This document shows, piece by piece, positions 54,585-64,000 of a stretch of DNA of 64,000 bases. A program made the translations under genes and the position numbers. Origin of the DNA: an uncultured Chloroflexia bacterium (GTDB lineage: Bacteria > Chloroflexota > Limnocylindria > Limnocylindrales > CSP1-4); assembly GCA_963835945.1 (NCBI GenBank), contig CAWIHR010000077.1:6792-70791 (forward strand). Direction: 5' to 3'. Numbering within the stretch: position 1 is the first letter of the stretch; every line of letters starts with the position of its first letter. Below the pieces are notes generated by a model. It worked only from the letters and a program-made list of their open reading frames with translations. It searched no databases and was not told the origin of the DNA.

Positions 54585-55400
54585 TCAGACGCCCGCTTCC
54601 CCCGACAAACTTACGTCACGCCCGTTCGCCGTCAGGACCTCGGGCCCCTCCGGCAAGATGGCAATCGTCTGCTCCCAGTGCGCGGCCAGACTGCCGTCGG
54701 CCGTGGCGACGGTCCAGCCGTCGTCGCGGACCCGCACCTCAGGCCGGCCGAGCGTGAACATGGGCTCGATTGCCAGGCATAACCCGACCTCAAGCTTGCG
54801 CCCGCGACCGAATCCGCGATAGTTGGGCACGAACGGCTCCTCGTGCATCTCGGTGCCGATGCCGTGGCCCCCGTACTCCCTCAGCACACCATAGCCACGC
54901 TCCATCGCCACGGCCTCAACTGCGGAGGCGATATCGCCGACGACCCCTCCCGGCCGCGCTGCGGCGATGCCGGCATCCATCCCGCGCCGCGTCTCCTGAA
55001 CCAGCAGGCGAACCTCCGGCGCCACCGAACCGACCGTGAATGTCCGTGCCGCGTCCCCGTGCCACCCGTCGACGATTGCGCCGGCGTCGATCGACACCAC
55101 CTGCCCCGCCTCGATCCGGCGGCGACCGGGGATGCCGTGGACCACTTCGTCGTCGATCGAGACGCAGATCGTGTGGCGGTATGGCGAGCCCGCGCCCATC
55201 ATCACGCCGATAAACGAGGGCGTCGCACCGACATCACGGATCATCTCCGCGGCGACCCGGTCGAGATCCTCCGTGGTGATCCCCGGGCACAGCTCCTCCC
55301 CCAGCCGGTCGAGCACATCTGCGACGAGCCGGCCGGCTCGTCGCATCGTCTCCACCTGGCTGCGGGACTTGAGCGTGACACGTCGCTCGGCCAAGATCAT
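54585..55400 (-). CDS. map: type I methionine aminopeptidase
   Basis: The internal ATG at 55400 overlaps the true adk stop (ATGA). Metal-binding blocks VSIDAGA, GHGIG and LAIEPM. Confidence 0.92.
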   Translation of the reverse strand: MILAERRVTLKSRSQVETMRRAGRLVADVLDRLGEELCPGITTEDLDRVAAEMIRDVGATPSFIGVMMGAGSPYRHTICVSIDDEVVHGIPGRRRIEAGQVVSIDAGAIVDGWHGDAARTFTVGSVAPEVRLLVQETRRGMDAGIAAARPGGVVGDIASAVEAVAMERGYGVLREYGGHGIGTEMHEEPFVPNYRGFGRGRKLEVGLCLAIEPMFTLGRPEVRVRDDGWTVATADGSLAAHWEQTIAILPEGPEVLTANGRDVSLSGEAGV

Positions 55401-56075
55401 GCGGCCTCGCTCCGCCCCGGCCTGGCCGGATGTGAGATCGCCCGCAGGAGCGCGTCTGTGACCCTCTCGATCGACTCGGTGCCATCCACGGCCACTAGGA
55501 CGCCCTGATTCTGTGTAGTGGTCGATCACGTCGTACATCGGCGGTAGCTGCTGATCGAGTCGCGCGCGGACTGTCTCGGGGCGGTCGTCGTCGCGCTGGT
55601 ACAGCGCCGACCCGTCGACGTCGCAGATGCCGGGCACAGCGGGGGGCCGACTGACGACGTGGTATGGATGGCCGGCTGCGCGGCAGAGCCAGCGCCCCGA
55701 CAGCCTGCCGACGAGTTCCTCCTCGGGCACGCCGATATACAGCGCGGCGTCGACGCGGGCACCACGTCGCGCGAGTGCCGCGTCAAGGGATCCTGCCTGC
55801 GGCCGTGTGCGCGGGAAACCGTCCAGGATGACGCCGTCCGCGGCGTCGGCCTGGTCGAGGCGCTCCTCGATCATGCCAACCACGACGGGGTCCGGCACGA
55901 GTGCCCCACGGTCCATGTACCGCTTGGCCTCGCCACCGAGCCGGGTGCCAGCTCGCACGGCCTCCCGGAACAGGTCGCCCGAGGCGACGTGCAGGAGCCC
56001 CAGCCGCTCCGCGAGGATGGCCGCCTGAGTTCCTTTGCCGGCGCCCGGGGCGCCGATCATGACGTAGACCTTCAC
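55397..56075 (-). CDS. adk: adenylate kinase with one apparent frameshift near 55505-55520
   Basis: The 5' frame reads GAPGAGKGTQ...DVIDHY. The expected C-terminus QNQGVLVAVDGTESIERVTDALLRAISHPA.. is in another frame and ends at a TGA at 55397. The ORF track therefore shows a false adk-map fusion. Confidence 0.85.
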
Positions 56076-57349
56076 CGGATGAAGCCCTCGTAGTTGCGCA
56101 TCATCAGTTGCGCCTCCACCTGCTTCATCGTCTCGACCACAACCGATACAACGATCAGGAGCGCGGTGCCCCCGAGGGCGATCCCCTGCAGGCTCGGGAA
56201 CGCCTGCGAGATGACGAACGGCATCACGGCCACGACGCCCAGAAAGAGAGCCCCTGCGATCGTAATGCGGAACACCACTGCCTGCAGGTAGTCACGGGTG
56301 GGGTTACCGGGCCGGATGCCGGGTATGAACCCGCCGTTCTTGCGCAGCTGGTCCGCGGTGTCCTCGGGCTTGAAGGTGAAGGCTGTGTAGAAGTAGGTGA
56401 ATCCCACCGTAAGGGCAAAGTACAGCGCCGCATACAGGGGGCTGGTAGTGCCCAAGAGAGTCTGGATCGCGTGGGCTACGTCCGCCACGACCGCGACCTG
56501 CGAGGAAGCGAAATAGGACGCGAGCTGCGCGGGGAACAAGATGATGCTGACCGCGAAGATGATCGGGATGACGCTGGCCTGATTGACCCGCAATGGGAGG
56601 AACGTGGCACCGCCCTGGTACAAGCGGCGACCGCGCACGCGGCTCGCGTACTGCACCGGGATACGACGCTGTCCTTCTTGCATGTAGATGATCGCCGCGA
56701 TCATGATTATGCCGACCACCGCGAGCGCGATGCCGGCGGCCCAGTCGGGCGCCTGGAGGAACGCGCCCACGGCCACCGGCACGCGGCCCACGATGCCGGC
56801 GAAGATGATGAAGCTCACCCCGTTGCCGATCCCCCTCTCGGTGATCAGCTCGCCGAGCCACATCAGCAGCACCGTCCCGGCCGTCAGCGAGATGATCTGC
56901 GTGACGGTGACCAGGCTCGCAAGGTCGAAGCTCGTCAGCACGCCCTGGCTGTTGAGGATCGCCAGGAATCCGTAGGACTGGATCAGCGCCAGCGGCACCG
57001 TTAGGTACCGGGTGTACTGGTTGATCCGCTGCCGCCCGTACTCGCCCTCGTGCGACAGCGCCTGCAGGCTCGGGATCACGCCCTGCATCAGAGTCAGGAT
57101 GATGGACGCGTTGATGTAGGGGTTGAGGCCCATGCCGATCACCGAGAACGACGACAGGCCTCCGCCCGAGAAGATGTTGAGCAGGCCAAGCAGCTGATTG
57201 TTGTTGAAGAGGGTATTCAGGGCCTCGTGGTTGACTCCCGGCACAGGCACGTGCGCCAGCGCGCGCACGATGATTAGCATTCCGAAGACGAACAGTATTC
57301 GTCGCCGGATGTCCGGGGCGCGGAACGCGTTAATGAGGGCGTCGAACAC
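56072..57349 (-). CDS. secY: preprotein translocase subunit SecY
   Basis: 425 aa and 10 TM helices. Contains GMGLNPYINASII and GIGNGVSFIIFAGI. Confidence 0.97.
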   Translation of the reverse strand: MFDALINAFRAPDIRRRILFVFGMLIIVRALAHVPVPGVNHEALNTLFNNNQLLGLLNIFSGGGLSSFSVIGMGLNPYINASIILTLMQGVIPSLQALSHEGEYGRQRINQYTRYLTVPLALIQSYGFLAILNSQGVLTSFDLASLVTVTQIISLTAGTVLLMWLGELITERGIGNGVSFIIFAGIVGRVPVAVGAFLQAPDWAAGIALAVVGIIMIAAIIYMQEGQRRIPVQYASRVRGRRLYQGGATFLPLRVNQASVIPIIFAVSIILFPAQLASYFASSQVAVVADVAHAIQTLLGTTSPLYAALYFALTVGFTYFYTAFTFKPEDTADQLRKNGGFIPGIRPGNPTRDYLQAVVFRITIAGALFLGVVAVMPFVISQAFPSLQGIALGGTALLIVVSVVVETMKQVEAQLMMRNYEGFIR

Positions 57350-57352
57350 CGT

Positions 57353-58000
57353 CTACTCCGCCTGCGGGGATACGGACCCCTGCTCCTCGTCGGATTGAGG
57401 TTCGGGCTCAGCGGCCGCCGGCGCGGACTCGTCCACGGTCGGCCCGGACGATGTTGCGTCGACTCCGGGAGCGTCCTTGCCGGGTGCGGCCACACCGAGG
57501 GCGCTGAGCGGCTGGTCAGGGATTTCGAGCACCTGGGCCGTGCCGCCCGCGGCCTCGATCTTCGCCGCCGCACTCTTGGTGAACGCATCGGCGACCACGA
57601 ACAGTCGGCGATCCACATCCCCTTGGCCCAGAACCTTGACGGGCTGCCGCACCGAGCCGAGCAGCCCGGCGGCAAGCATCAGGTCCGGGTTAACCGCGAC
57701 GGGAGAGTTCGACGCTGGTTCGCCGAAGCCACCGGCAGCGGCGACGTCGTTGATGCGGCCGACGTTGACCACCGCGTAGTCCAGGCGGAACCGCCGCTTG
57801 AAACCGCGCAGCTTGGGGATGCGCTGAGACGCTGGCGTCTGGCCGCCCTCGAACCACAGGCGGATCGAGCTGCCGGTGCGGGACTTCTGACCCTTAGTGC
57901 CTCGGCCGGCCGTCTTGCCCTTGCCGGCCGCGATGCCCCGGCCTACGCGGGTCCGGGCAGTGTGCGACCCGTCGGCGGGACGCAGGTCGTGGAGCTTCAT
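57353..58000 (-). CDS. rplO: 50S ribosomal protein L15 (uL15) with ~65-aa acidic/Pro-Ala C-terminal extension
   Basis: ATG at 58000 follows an AGGAGGAA RBS. Begins MKLHDLRPADGSHTARTRVGRGIAAGKGKTAGRGTKGQ. Confidence 0.92.
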   Translation of the reverse strand: MKLHDLRPADGSHTARTRVGRGIAAGKGKTAGRGTKGQKSRTGSSIRLWFEGGQTPASQRIPKLRGFKRRFRLDYAVVNVGRINDVAAAGGFGEPASNSPVAVNPDLMLAAGLLGSVRQPVKVLGQGDVDRRLFVVADAFTKSAAAKIEAAGGTAQVLEIPDQPLSALGVAAPGKDAPGVDATSSGPTVDESAPAAAEPEPQSDEEQGSVSPQAE

Positions 58001-58100
58001 GCCCGTTCCTCCTGAGGGCCAGACCCTTCGGTGGCCGCGTTTGGCGCTGCGCCCTGCCGCGCCGGCCCGCCGGCGGCGGCATCGAGTGCGGCTGCCCACC

Positions 58101-58364
58101 CTACTCTTGCCCGGCCAGGCACCTTGGGGGCCGTACGACGCGGGCCGGCGTGCACGGGCTGCTCAGCGGGCACCTCCTCCACCTCGACAAGGAATCAATG
58201 GAGCGCACCATGCCACGGGTTGCGGGGTTGTCAGTGACCTCGACCGTCTCGTGCATCCGGTGCAGCCCAAGTGCGCGGACGGTGCCCCGAGCCTTCGCGG
58301 TATAGCTGATGGGACTCTTGTGCAGACGAACACGCAGCCTGCCGGGCACCAACTTATCCGACAT
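58101..58364 (-). CDS. rpmD: 50S ribosomal protein L30 (uL30); 3' end uncertain because of a frameshift near 58185
   Basis: ..[32 protein letters not shown] is followed by out-of-frame text. The expected VEVEEV continues in another frame that stops at 57997 (ATGA with rplO). Confidence 0.75.
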   Translation of the reverse strand: MSDKLVPGRLRVRLHKSPISYTAKARGTVRALGLHRMHETVEVTDNPATRGMVRSIDSLSRWRRCPLSSPCTPARVVRPPRCLAGQE

Positions 58365-58889
58365 CGACGGCCACCTCCGTGGTCGGCTGGCCGCTGATCA
58401 CGCTCCGCAGTGGCACCCCACGCTGTGCCGACAGCTCCTCCGCGCTGCGGAGGCTCCGCAGCGCCTCGAGCGCGGCCCTAGTCACGTTCACCGGGTTCGT
58501 TGAGCCCAGCGACTTGGACAGGATGTCCCGGATCCCGGCGGACTCCACGACCGCCCGCACAGAACCGCCGGCGATCACGCCGGTCCCTGCGACGCGGGCT
58601 TGAGCAGCACGCTGCCGGCCCGAAGTGGACGGTGACCTCGTGCGGGATGGTGGTGCCGACGAGCGGCACGCGGAACAGGTGTCTTCTTGGCGTCCTCGAC
58701 ACCCTTGCGGATGGCCTCGGGCACCTCGTTTGCCTTGCCAAGGCCGACACCGACGTGGCCGTCGCCGTCGCCGACCACGACGAGCGCGCAGAAGCTGAAG
58801 CGCCGGCCGCCCTTCACGACCTTGGCGACGCGGTTGATCTGGACGACGCGCTCCTCGAGCGTCAGCCTCGCTGGGTCGATCCTCGCCAA
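58354..58889 (-). CDS. rpsE: 30S ribosomal protein S5 (uS5), at least 3 frameshifts
   Basis: The pieces [23 protein letters not shown].., ..[20 protein letters not shown].., ..VLLKPASQG.. and ..[28 protein letters not shown].. lie in different frames. Confidence 0.8.
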
Positions 58890-58908
58890 CGATGGCTCCG
58901 TTCCGTCT

Positions 58909-59296
58909 CTAGAAGTCGAGGCCCGCTTCGCGGGCGGCGTCGGCGAGCGCCTTGACGCGCCCGTGGTACGGAATCCCGCCCGGTCGAAGACGACCTTGCT
59001 CGATGCCGGCGACCTGGCCCGCTCGGCGACCAGGCGGCCGACCTGCTCGGCGCGCGCTCGGTCTTGGTGCCCGTGGCCCGCGCGCAGCTCGGGCTCGAGC
59101 GTCGACGCCGCGGCCAGCGTGCGGCCGGTCGCGTCGTCGATGACCTGGGCGTAGATGTGGTCGAGGCTGCGGAAGACCGCCAGCCGCGGCCGCTGCCGCC
59201 GTCCCGCCGCGTGGAGGCGGATCCGCTCGTGGCGCTTCGGCGAGCGGCGCTCGCGACTGCCGAGCCTGTCGTCGTCGGACTACGTCCGCCTCGCAC
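58909..59296 (-). CDS. rplR: 50S ribosomal protein L18 (uL18), at least 5 frameshifts
   Basis: The pieces [30 protein letters not shown] / ATGTKTE / [15 protein letters not shown] / GQVAGIEQ / VVFDRAGF / [19 protein letters not shown] alternate between frames. Confidence 0.75.
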
Positions 59297-59303
59297 CGGC
59301 TGC

Positions 59304-59859
59304 TCACTTCTTCGCCGCCATCTTGCCGGCCTTGCCGGCCTTGCGGCGGATCTCTCGCCGGCGTACCTGATGCCCTTGCCCTTGTAGGGCTCGGGCTTGC
59401 GGAGCGCGCGGACGCTTGGCGGCGACCTGGCCGACCAGCTCCTTGTCGATGCCGACGATCACGGCGAGTCGGTCGGGTTCGTCCACCTCGAAGGTGATGC
59501 CCGGCGGGCGGCTCGATGTCGACGGGGTGGCTGTAGCCCAGCCGAGCTCCAGCTTTCGCCCGACTTTCTGGGCGCGGTAGCCGACGCCGATGATCTCGAG
59601 CGCTTGCGTGAAGCCCTGCCGTCACCCCGGTCGACCATGTTGGCGACGAGCGTCCGGGTCAGCCCGTGCAGCGCGCGCTGAGCGCTTGCTCGTCGTCGGG
59701 CGCGCTCGACGCGCATGCCGCCGTCTTCCGGACGACGGTGATCCGGGGTGAGCGTCCCGTGGAGCTCCCCTTGGGGCCCTGTCACCGTGACGTGGCTGCC
59801 GTCGATGGTGACCTCGACGCCTGCCGGGACGGGATGGGCAGCTTTCCGATACGTGACAT
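59304..59859 (-). CDS. rplF: 50S ribosomal protein L6 (uL6), multiple frameshifts
   Basis: [10 protein letters not shown] / [28 protein letters not shown] / ..[19 protein letters not shown].. / ..RRKAGKAGK lie in different frames. Confidence 0.75.
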
Positions 59860-59868
59860 GGCTGCCCT

Positions 59869-60269
59869 CTACCAGACATAGCGCGAGGACTTCGCCGCCG
59901 AGCTGGCCTTGCGGGCCTGACGGTCGGTCATGATGCCCTTGGCGGTGCTGAGATGACGACGCCGAGGCCGCCGAGGACCCTCGGGATCGTCGGTCTTCGG
60001 CGTAGACGCGCAGACCGGGCTTGCTGACACCGCTTGAGCCCCGGACGACGGGCGCCTTGCCGCTCGACGTACTTGAGCGTCGATCTCGAGCATTGCCCGC
60101 GGCCCTTCGCCGTCTCGTCGAAGTCGGCGATGAAGCCCTCCTCCTTGAGGATTCGGCGATCTCTCGCTTGATCCGCGAGGCCGGGACATAGCACCTGCGT
60201 GCGTGCCGCGCCGTGCTCGCGTTGCGGATTCGCGTCAGCATGTCGGCGATCGGGTCGAGTCATGTTCAT
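59869..60269 (-). CDS. rpsH: 30S ribosomal protein S8 (uS8), multiple frameshifts
   Basis: MLTRIRNA / [13 protein letters not shown] / SKPGLRVYA / [13 protein letters not shown] / LGGEVLA(YVW) are split among frames. Confidence 0.75.
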
Positions 60270-60275
60270 CGGCTC

Positions 60276-60463
60276 TCACCAACTCGACTTCGTCACGCCG
60301 CGGGAGCATTCCCTGGAGCGCTCGCTCCCGGAAGCAGATGCGGCACAGCGCGAATCGACGCATGAACCCCCGCGGACGGCCGCACACGTAACACCGGTGC
60401 TTCTCCCGCACCTTGAACCGGTGTCGGGCGCTTCGCCTTCGCGATCATGGACTTCTTGGCCAT
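60276..60463 (-). CDS. rpsN: 30S ribosomal protein S14 type Z (uS14), frameshifted
   Basis: [12 protein letters not shown].. / ..[17 protein letters not shown].. / ..GVTKSSW lie in different frames. Length is 188 nt, not a multiple of 3. Confidence 0.75.
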
Positions 60464-60483
60464 TCGTGTCCCTCCCGCTCCGC

Positions 60484-61024
60484 TCAGCTCTGCGAACGGC
60501 ATGCCGAGGAGCTCGAGAAGCTCTTCGATCCTCGTCGTACTTCGCCGTGGTCACGATCTGACCTCCATGCCCGCGCAGACGGTCCATCTTGTCGTAGTCG
60601 ATCTCGGGAAACAGTGAGCTGCTCCCGGAGCCCGAGGGAGTAGTTGCCCCGGCCGTCGAACGAGCGCGACGGGACAGCCGCGGAAGTCGCGGATGCGCGG
60701 CAGCGCAAGCGCGAGAGCCGCTCCAGGAAGTCCCACATTCGCTCGCCGCGCAGCGTGACTTTGGCGCCGATCGGGTTGCCGGTCGCGGAGCTGGAACTGC
60801 GCGATCGACTGCTTGGCGCTGGTCACGACGGCTTCTGCCCGGTGATCGGCCGTCAGATCGCCCACGGCCGCATCGAGGGCTTTGGCGTTCTGCAGCGCTT
60901 CACCTAGGCCGATGTTGACGACGATCTTCTCGACACGCGGCACCTGCATGGGGTTCGAGTAAGCGAACTCCTTTTGGAGCGCCGGCACGACTTCCTCGCG
61001 GTAGCGCCGCTTCAGCTCGCTCAT
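60484..61024 (-). CDS. rplE: 50S ribosomal protein L5 (uL5), at least 6 frameshifts
   Basis: [20 protein letters not shown].. is intact, then the consensus AITGQKP reads [29 protein letters not shown] / [10 protein letters not shown] / [19 protein letters not shown] / [12 protein letters not shown] / [11 protein letters not shown] alternate between frames. Confidence 0.78.
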
Positions 61025-61413
61025 GACCTCACCTCCCGGCCGAGGGGCTCGCCGCACCGCACGCACACGCGGACGCTCGTGCCGGTAGCAAGAGCGGCGT
61101 GCCTGACTCGGGTTGGCTGCCCGCAGGAGGGGCACACGACCATGACGTTGCTGGCGGGCAACGGCATCGTCTTGTCGAGGATGCCGCCCTGCTGGATCTG
61201 TGGTGCGGACTCGGTCCGGCCCTGCATCGTGCGCGGCTTGGTGTGCCGCTTGGCGACGTTGACCCCGCCGACGATCACGCGGTCGGGGCGCACCAGGCGA
61301 TCGACCGTGCCGCGCTTGCCGGCATCCTTGCCGGCGAGCACGACGACCTGATCACCCCTGCGGATCTCCAGCACCTTGGTGACGTGCTTAACGACCTCGC
61401 CCGGCATTCTCAC
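61021..61413 (-). CDS. rplX: 50S ribosomal protein L24 (uL24) with C-terminal CxxC..CxxC zinc-ribbon-like tail
   Basis: KOW motif [21 protein letters not shown], followed by [10 protein letters not shown]...CVRCGEPL. Confidence 0.92.
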   Translation of the reverse strand: MRMPGEVVKHVTKVLEIRRGDQVVVLAGKDAGKRGTVDRLVRPDRVIVGGVNVAKRHTKPRTMQGRTESAPQIQQGGILDKTMPLPASNVMVVCPSCGQPTRVRHAALATGTSVRVCVRCGEPLGREVRS

Positions 61414-61778
61414 AGCACCTCCGGGGCGAGCGACACGATCTTCATGTAGTTGCGGTCTCGCAGCTCCCTCGCGACGGGGCCGAAGATGCGGGTTCCGCGC
61501 GGGTTCCCCTGATTGTTGATGAGCACGGCGGCGTTCTTGTCGAACCGGATGTAGCTGCCGTCGGGCCGCCCGTACTCCTTGCTCGTGCGGACGACGACCG
61601 CTCGCACGACATCGCCCTTCTTGACGGCCGCGTTCGGGATCGCCTGCTTGACGCTCGCGATGATGACGTCGCCGACCTCAGCCGTGGTCCTCTGGGAGCG
61701 CCCCATGATACGGATGCACTGGATCGTGCGTGCGCCGGTGTTGTCGGCCACGCGCAGCCGGCTGTACTGCTGGATCAT
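61410..61778 (-). CDS. rplN: 50S ribosomal protein L14 (uL14)
   Basis: Begins [26 protein letters not shown]. Confidence 0.97.
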   Translation of the reverse strand: MIQQYSRLRVADNTGARTIQCIRIMGRSQRTTAEVGDVIIASVKQAIPNAAVKKGDVVRAVVVRTSKEYGRPDGSYIRFDKNAAVLINNQGNPRGTRIFGPVARELRDRNYMKIVSLAPEVL

Positions 61779-62152
61779 GCGGTCGCCCCTCCGCCGGGCG
61801 ACTTGTCGCGCCGACCCGGATGGGCCGCAGCGTGGATCGCCTCCTCGGTCGACGCCTCTTCGGCGACCAGCTGGTCGCTCATGCCGTCGGTCGCGCGTTG
61901 GACGATCTCGACCAGGCGCCAGCGCTTGCTCGCGCTCAACGGCCGCGACTCCTCGATTCGCACCGTGTCGCCGATGCGAGCCTCGTTGCGCTCGTCATGG
62001 GCCTTGAACTTCGTGGTCAGTCGCACAACGCGCTTGTAGAGAGGATGGCGTGAGAGGCGCTCGACGGAAACCACGATCGTCTTGTCCATCTTGTCGGAGA
62101 CGACCCGCCCGACCTTGGTCTTACGCTGGCGTTCCACCTTCACTCCACTCAT
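61775..62152 (-). CDS. rpsQ: 30S ribosomal protein S17 (uS17) with ~40-aa C-terminal extension
   Basis: Contains [34 protein letters not shown] overlap with rplN. Confidence 0.95.
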   Translation of the reverse strand: MSGVKVERQRKTKVGRVVSDKMDKTIVVSVERLSRHPLYKRVVRLTTKFKAHDERNEARIGDTVRIEESRPLSASKRWRLVEIVQRATDGMSDQLVAEEASTEEAIHAAAHPGRRDKSPGGGATA

Positions 62153-62364
62153 CGCCCGGCCTCCGCGACCGTCGTCTCATGGCGACGCTCGGTCTGCACG
62201 GTGAGAATCCTTGCGATCCGCTTTCGCGTGCTCCTGATCTGGTTATAGTCGCTCAGCTGGCGCGTAGCCAGCTGGAAGCGCAGGTCGTAGAGGTTCCGTC
62301 GGGCGGCAGCAAGCTCGGCCTCCAGCTCGCCATCAGTGAGCGCGCGGACTTCATCGATGTCCAT
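62149..62364 (-). CDS. rpmC: 50S ribosomal protein L29 (uL29)
   Basis: Internal ATG at 62364. Contains [29 protein letters not shown]. Confidence 0.92.
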   Translation of the reverse strand: MDIDEVRALTDGELEAELAAARRNLYDLRFQLATRQLSDYNQIRSTRKRIARILTVQTERRHETTVAEAGR

Positions 62365-62779
62365 CTGCGACGCCCTCCTTGACCACGAACTTAACGCTGA
62401 TCGGCAGCTTATGACCGGCCAGCCGCATCGCCTCCTGGGCCTCATCAACCGGCACGCCAGCCAACTCGAAGAGGATCCGGCCAGGCTTGACGACGGCCAC
62501 CCAGTGATCGGGCGCACCCTTGCCGGAGCCCATCCGCGTCTCGGCCGGTTTCTTGGTGACCGGCTTGTCAGGAAAGATCCGAATCCAGACCTTGCCGCCG
62601 CGCTTGACAGATCGCGTCATGGCGCGCCGGGCGGCCTCGATCTGCCGGCTGGTGATCCACGCCGGCTCCTCGGTCATGAGTCCATAGTCGCCGAACGCGA
62701 TCGCGCTCCCGCCCTTGGCCACACCGCTCATGCGACCGCGCATGACCCGGCGATGCTTGACTCGCTTGGGAAGCAGCAT
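62351..62779 (-). CDS. rplP: 50S ribosomal protein L16 (uL16)
   Basis: Contains [17 protein letters not shown] and ..RMGSGKG. Confidence 0.97.
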   Translation of the reverse strand: MLLPKRVKHRRVMRGRMSGVAKGGSAIAFGDYGLMTEEPAWITSRQIEAARRAMTRSVKRGGKVWIRIFPDKPVTKKPAETRMGSGKGAPDHWVAVVKPGRILFELAGVPVDEAQEAMRLAGHKLPISVKFVVKEGVADGHR

Positions 62780-62782
62780 CGC

Positions 62783-63451
62783 TCAGGCCCCCGCCGCGGC
62801 GGCGGCCTCGTGGGGCGCCTGGCGTTCCGGGACGATGTCGCCCCGGTATACCCAGACCTTGACCCCGATCCGACCGTAGGTGGTGTGGGCATGCACTTGC
62901 CCGTAGCTAATGTCGGCGCGCAGGGTGCCCAGCGGGATTCGGCCTTCGCGCTCCCACTCGCGCCGGGCCATCTCGGCGCCACCGAGGCGGCCCGCAACGG
63001 CAATCCGGACGCCCTTGGCGCCGGCCTTCATCGTCCTCTGCACCGACTGCTTCATCGCCTTCTTGAAGGCGATGCGCCGGCTCAGCTGCTGCGCGATGTT
63101 GGCGGCGACCAGCTGAGCGTCGAGCTCAGGCTGGCGGATCTCCTTGATCTCTAGCTTGACCTTGCGGCTGGAAATCTTGCCGATCTGCTGGCGCAGCGCT
63201 TCGACGTTGGCGCCACCCTTCCCGATCACGATCCCGGGTTTCGCGGTATGGATCGTAACGGTGACGTGGTTGATGCCGCGCTCGATCTCGACGTGGCTCA
63301 CGCTCGCGTTGGCGAGCCGCTTGTCGACCAGGTCGCGGATCGCGAAGTCCTCCTTGAGGAGGTCCGCGTAGCCCTTGTCCGCGTACCAGTTCGCCGTCCA
63401 GCCCCGCGACACGCCGATGCGAAAGCCGTACGGATGGACCTTGTGACCCAA
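62783..63451 (-). CDS. rpsC: 30S ribosomal protein S3 (uS3)
   Basis: Begins MGHKVHPYGFRIGV and has a KH domain. Confidence 0.97.
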   Translation of the reverse strand: MGHKVHPYGFRIGVSRGWTANWYADKGYADLLKEDFAIRDLVDKRLANASVSHVEIERGINHVTVTIHTAKPGIVIGKGGANVEALRQQIGKISSRKVKLEIKEIRQPELDAQLVAANIAQQLSRRIAFKKAMKQSVQRTMKAGAKGVRIAVAGRLGGAEMARREWEREGRIPLGTLRADISYGQVHAHTTYGRIGVKVWVYRGDIVPERQAPHEAAAAAGA

Positions 63452-63452
63452 C

Positions 63453-63791
63453 CTAGGCCTCCTTGCTCTCGACGACTACGGTGATGTGGGTCATGGGCTT
63501 GTGGATAGGGAATGCCCGCCCCTGGGCACGCGGTTGCCAGCGCTTGATCGTCGGACCCTTGTCGGCCCGCGCCTCCGCGACGATCAAGTCGTCGGGCGCG
63601 AGATGGTGGTTGTTTTCAGCGTTCGCGGCGGCGCTCTTGAGCACCTTCGCGACGTCCCGCGCCGCGCCCTGCGGCATGAACTGCAAAATGGCGCTGGCCT
63701 CGCCCACCGGGCGACCCACGATCGCCTGGGTGATAAGGCGCGTCTTGCGCGTCGAGCGGCGGATGTACCTGGCGGTGGCGGCGACTCGCAC
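63453..63791 (-). CDS. rplV: 50S ribosomal protein L22 (uL22)
   Basis: GTG start. Contains ARYIRRSTRKTRLITQAIVGRPVGEA. Confidence 0.95.
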   Translation of the reverse strand: MRVAATARYIRRSTRKTRLITQAIVGRPVGEASAILQFMPQGAARDVAKVLKSAAANAENNHHLAPDDLIVAEARADKGPTIKRWQPRAQGRAFPIHKPMTHITVVVESKEA

Positions 63792-63800
63792 GGCGTGCTC

Positions 63801-64000
63801 CTACTTCAGCGCTGTCGAGCGCTCGGTGTGCTTGCCGTGCCCGCGGAAGGTCCGCGTCGGCGCGAACTCTCCCAGCCGATGCCCGACCATATTCTCGGAC
63901 ACGTAGACCGGGATGTGCTTGCGCCCGTTGTAGACGGCGACCGTGTGTCCGACGAAGTCCGGGAAGATGACGCTCGCACGAGACCAGGTCTTGAGGACCC
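63801..64000 (-). CDS. rpsS: 30S ribosomal protein S19 (uS19), 5' end beyond window
   Basis: Hand translation gives ..[62 protein letters not shown] with a stop at 63801. Confidence 0.93.
   Translation of the reverse strand, partial: VLKTWSRASVIFPDFVGHTVAVYNGRKHIPVYVSENMVGHRLGEFAPTRTFRGHGKHTERSTALK

Noticed and set aside
54585-56075. A genuine Adk-Map fusion protein
   Set aside because: The linker is out-of-frame Adk sequence. The correct Adk C-terminus and its stop exist in another frame, with the classic ATGA overlap onto map.

Overview
This is a high-GC (about 70%) chromosome segment with Actinomycetota-like synteny, and almost every gene lies on the minus strand. Positions 1 to about 14.8 kb are the right-hand part of an integrated mobile element whose left end is outside the window. 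It carries a tyrosine integrase, an RHH protein, an excisionase-type HTH, a RepA-like P-loop ATPase beside an iteron-like CATTGCG array, HTH regulators, many small orphan ORFs and a secreted beta-helix protein. It appears to have inserted into an EamA/DMT transporter gene rather than next to a tRNA. The most unusual feature of the island is a conserved 100-120 nt promoter/5'-leader cassette. Four good copies and one decayed copy precede cargo genes, and two copies bracket a perfect 377-bp duplication of an internal gene fragment. From 15.4 kb to 64 kb the sequence is core genome: ppdK, an S9 peptidase, a decayed galK relic, FNR plus an NfnAB-like pair, glyQS, recO, a polyprenyl synthase, a CNNM/CBS protein and glmU. 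A long overlapping operon follows (ridA-ispE-rsmA-tsaD-rimI-tsaB-tsaE, four uncharacterised genes including a macro-domain protein, alr-nnrD-acpS). After it come glmS-glmM-cdaR-cdaA, a TPR protein and the ribosomal/rpoA/secY cluster from rpsI up to a partial rpsS. A stretch of about 2.7 kb (about 58185-60850) covering rpmD-rpsE-rplR-rplF-rpsH-rpsN-rplE is riddled with frameshifting indels while its flanks are clean. This most likely reflects local sequence-quality failure. adk and two island genes also carry isolated frameshifts. No rRNA, tRNA or CRISPR array was seen. All function calls rest on motifs recognised by eye, and no database search was possible.
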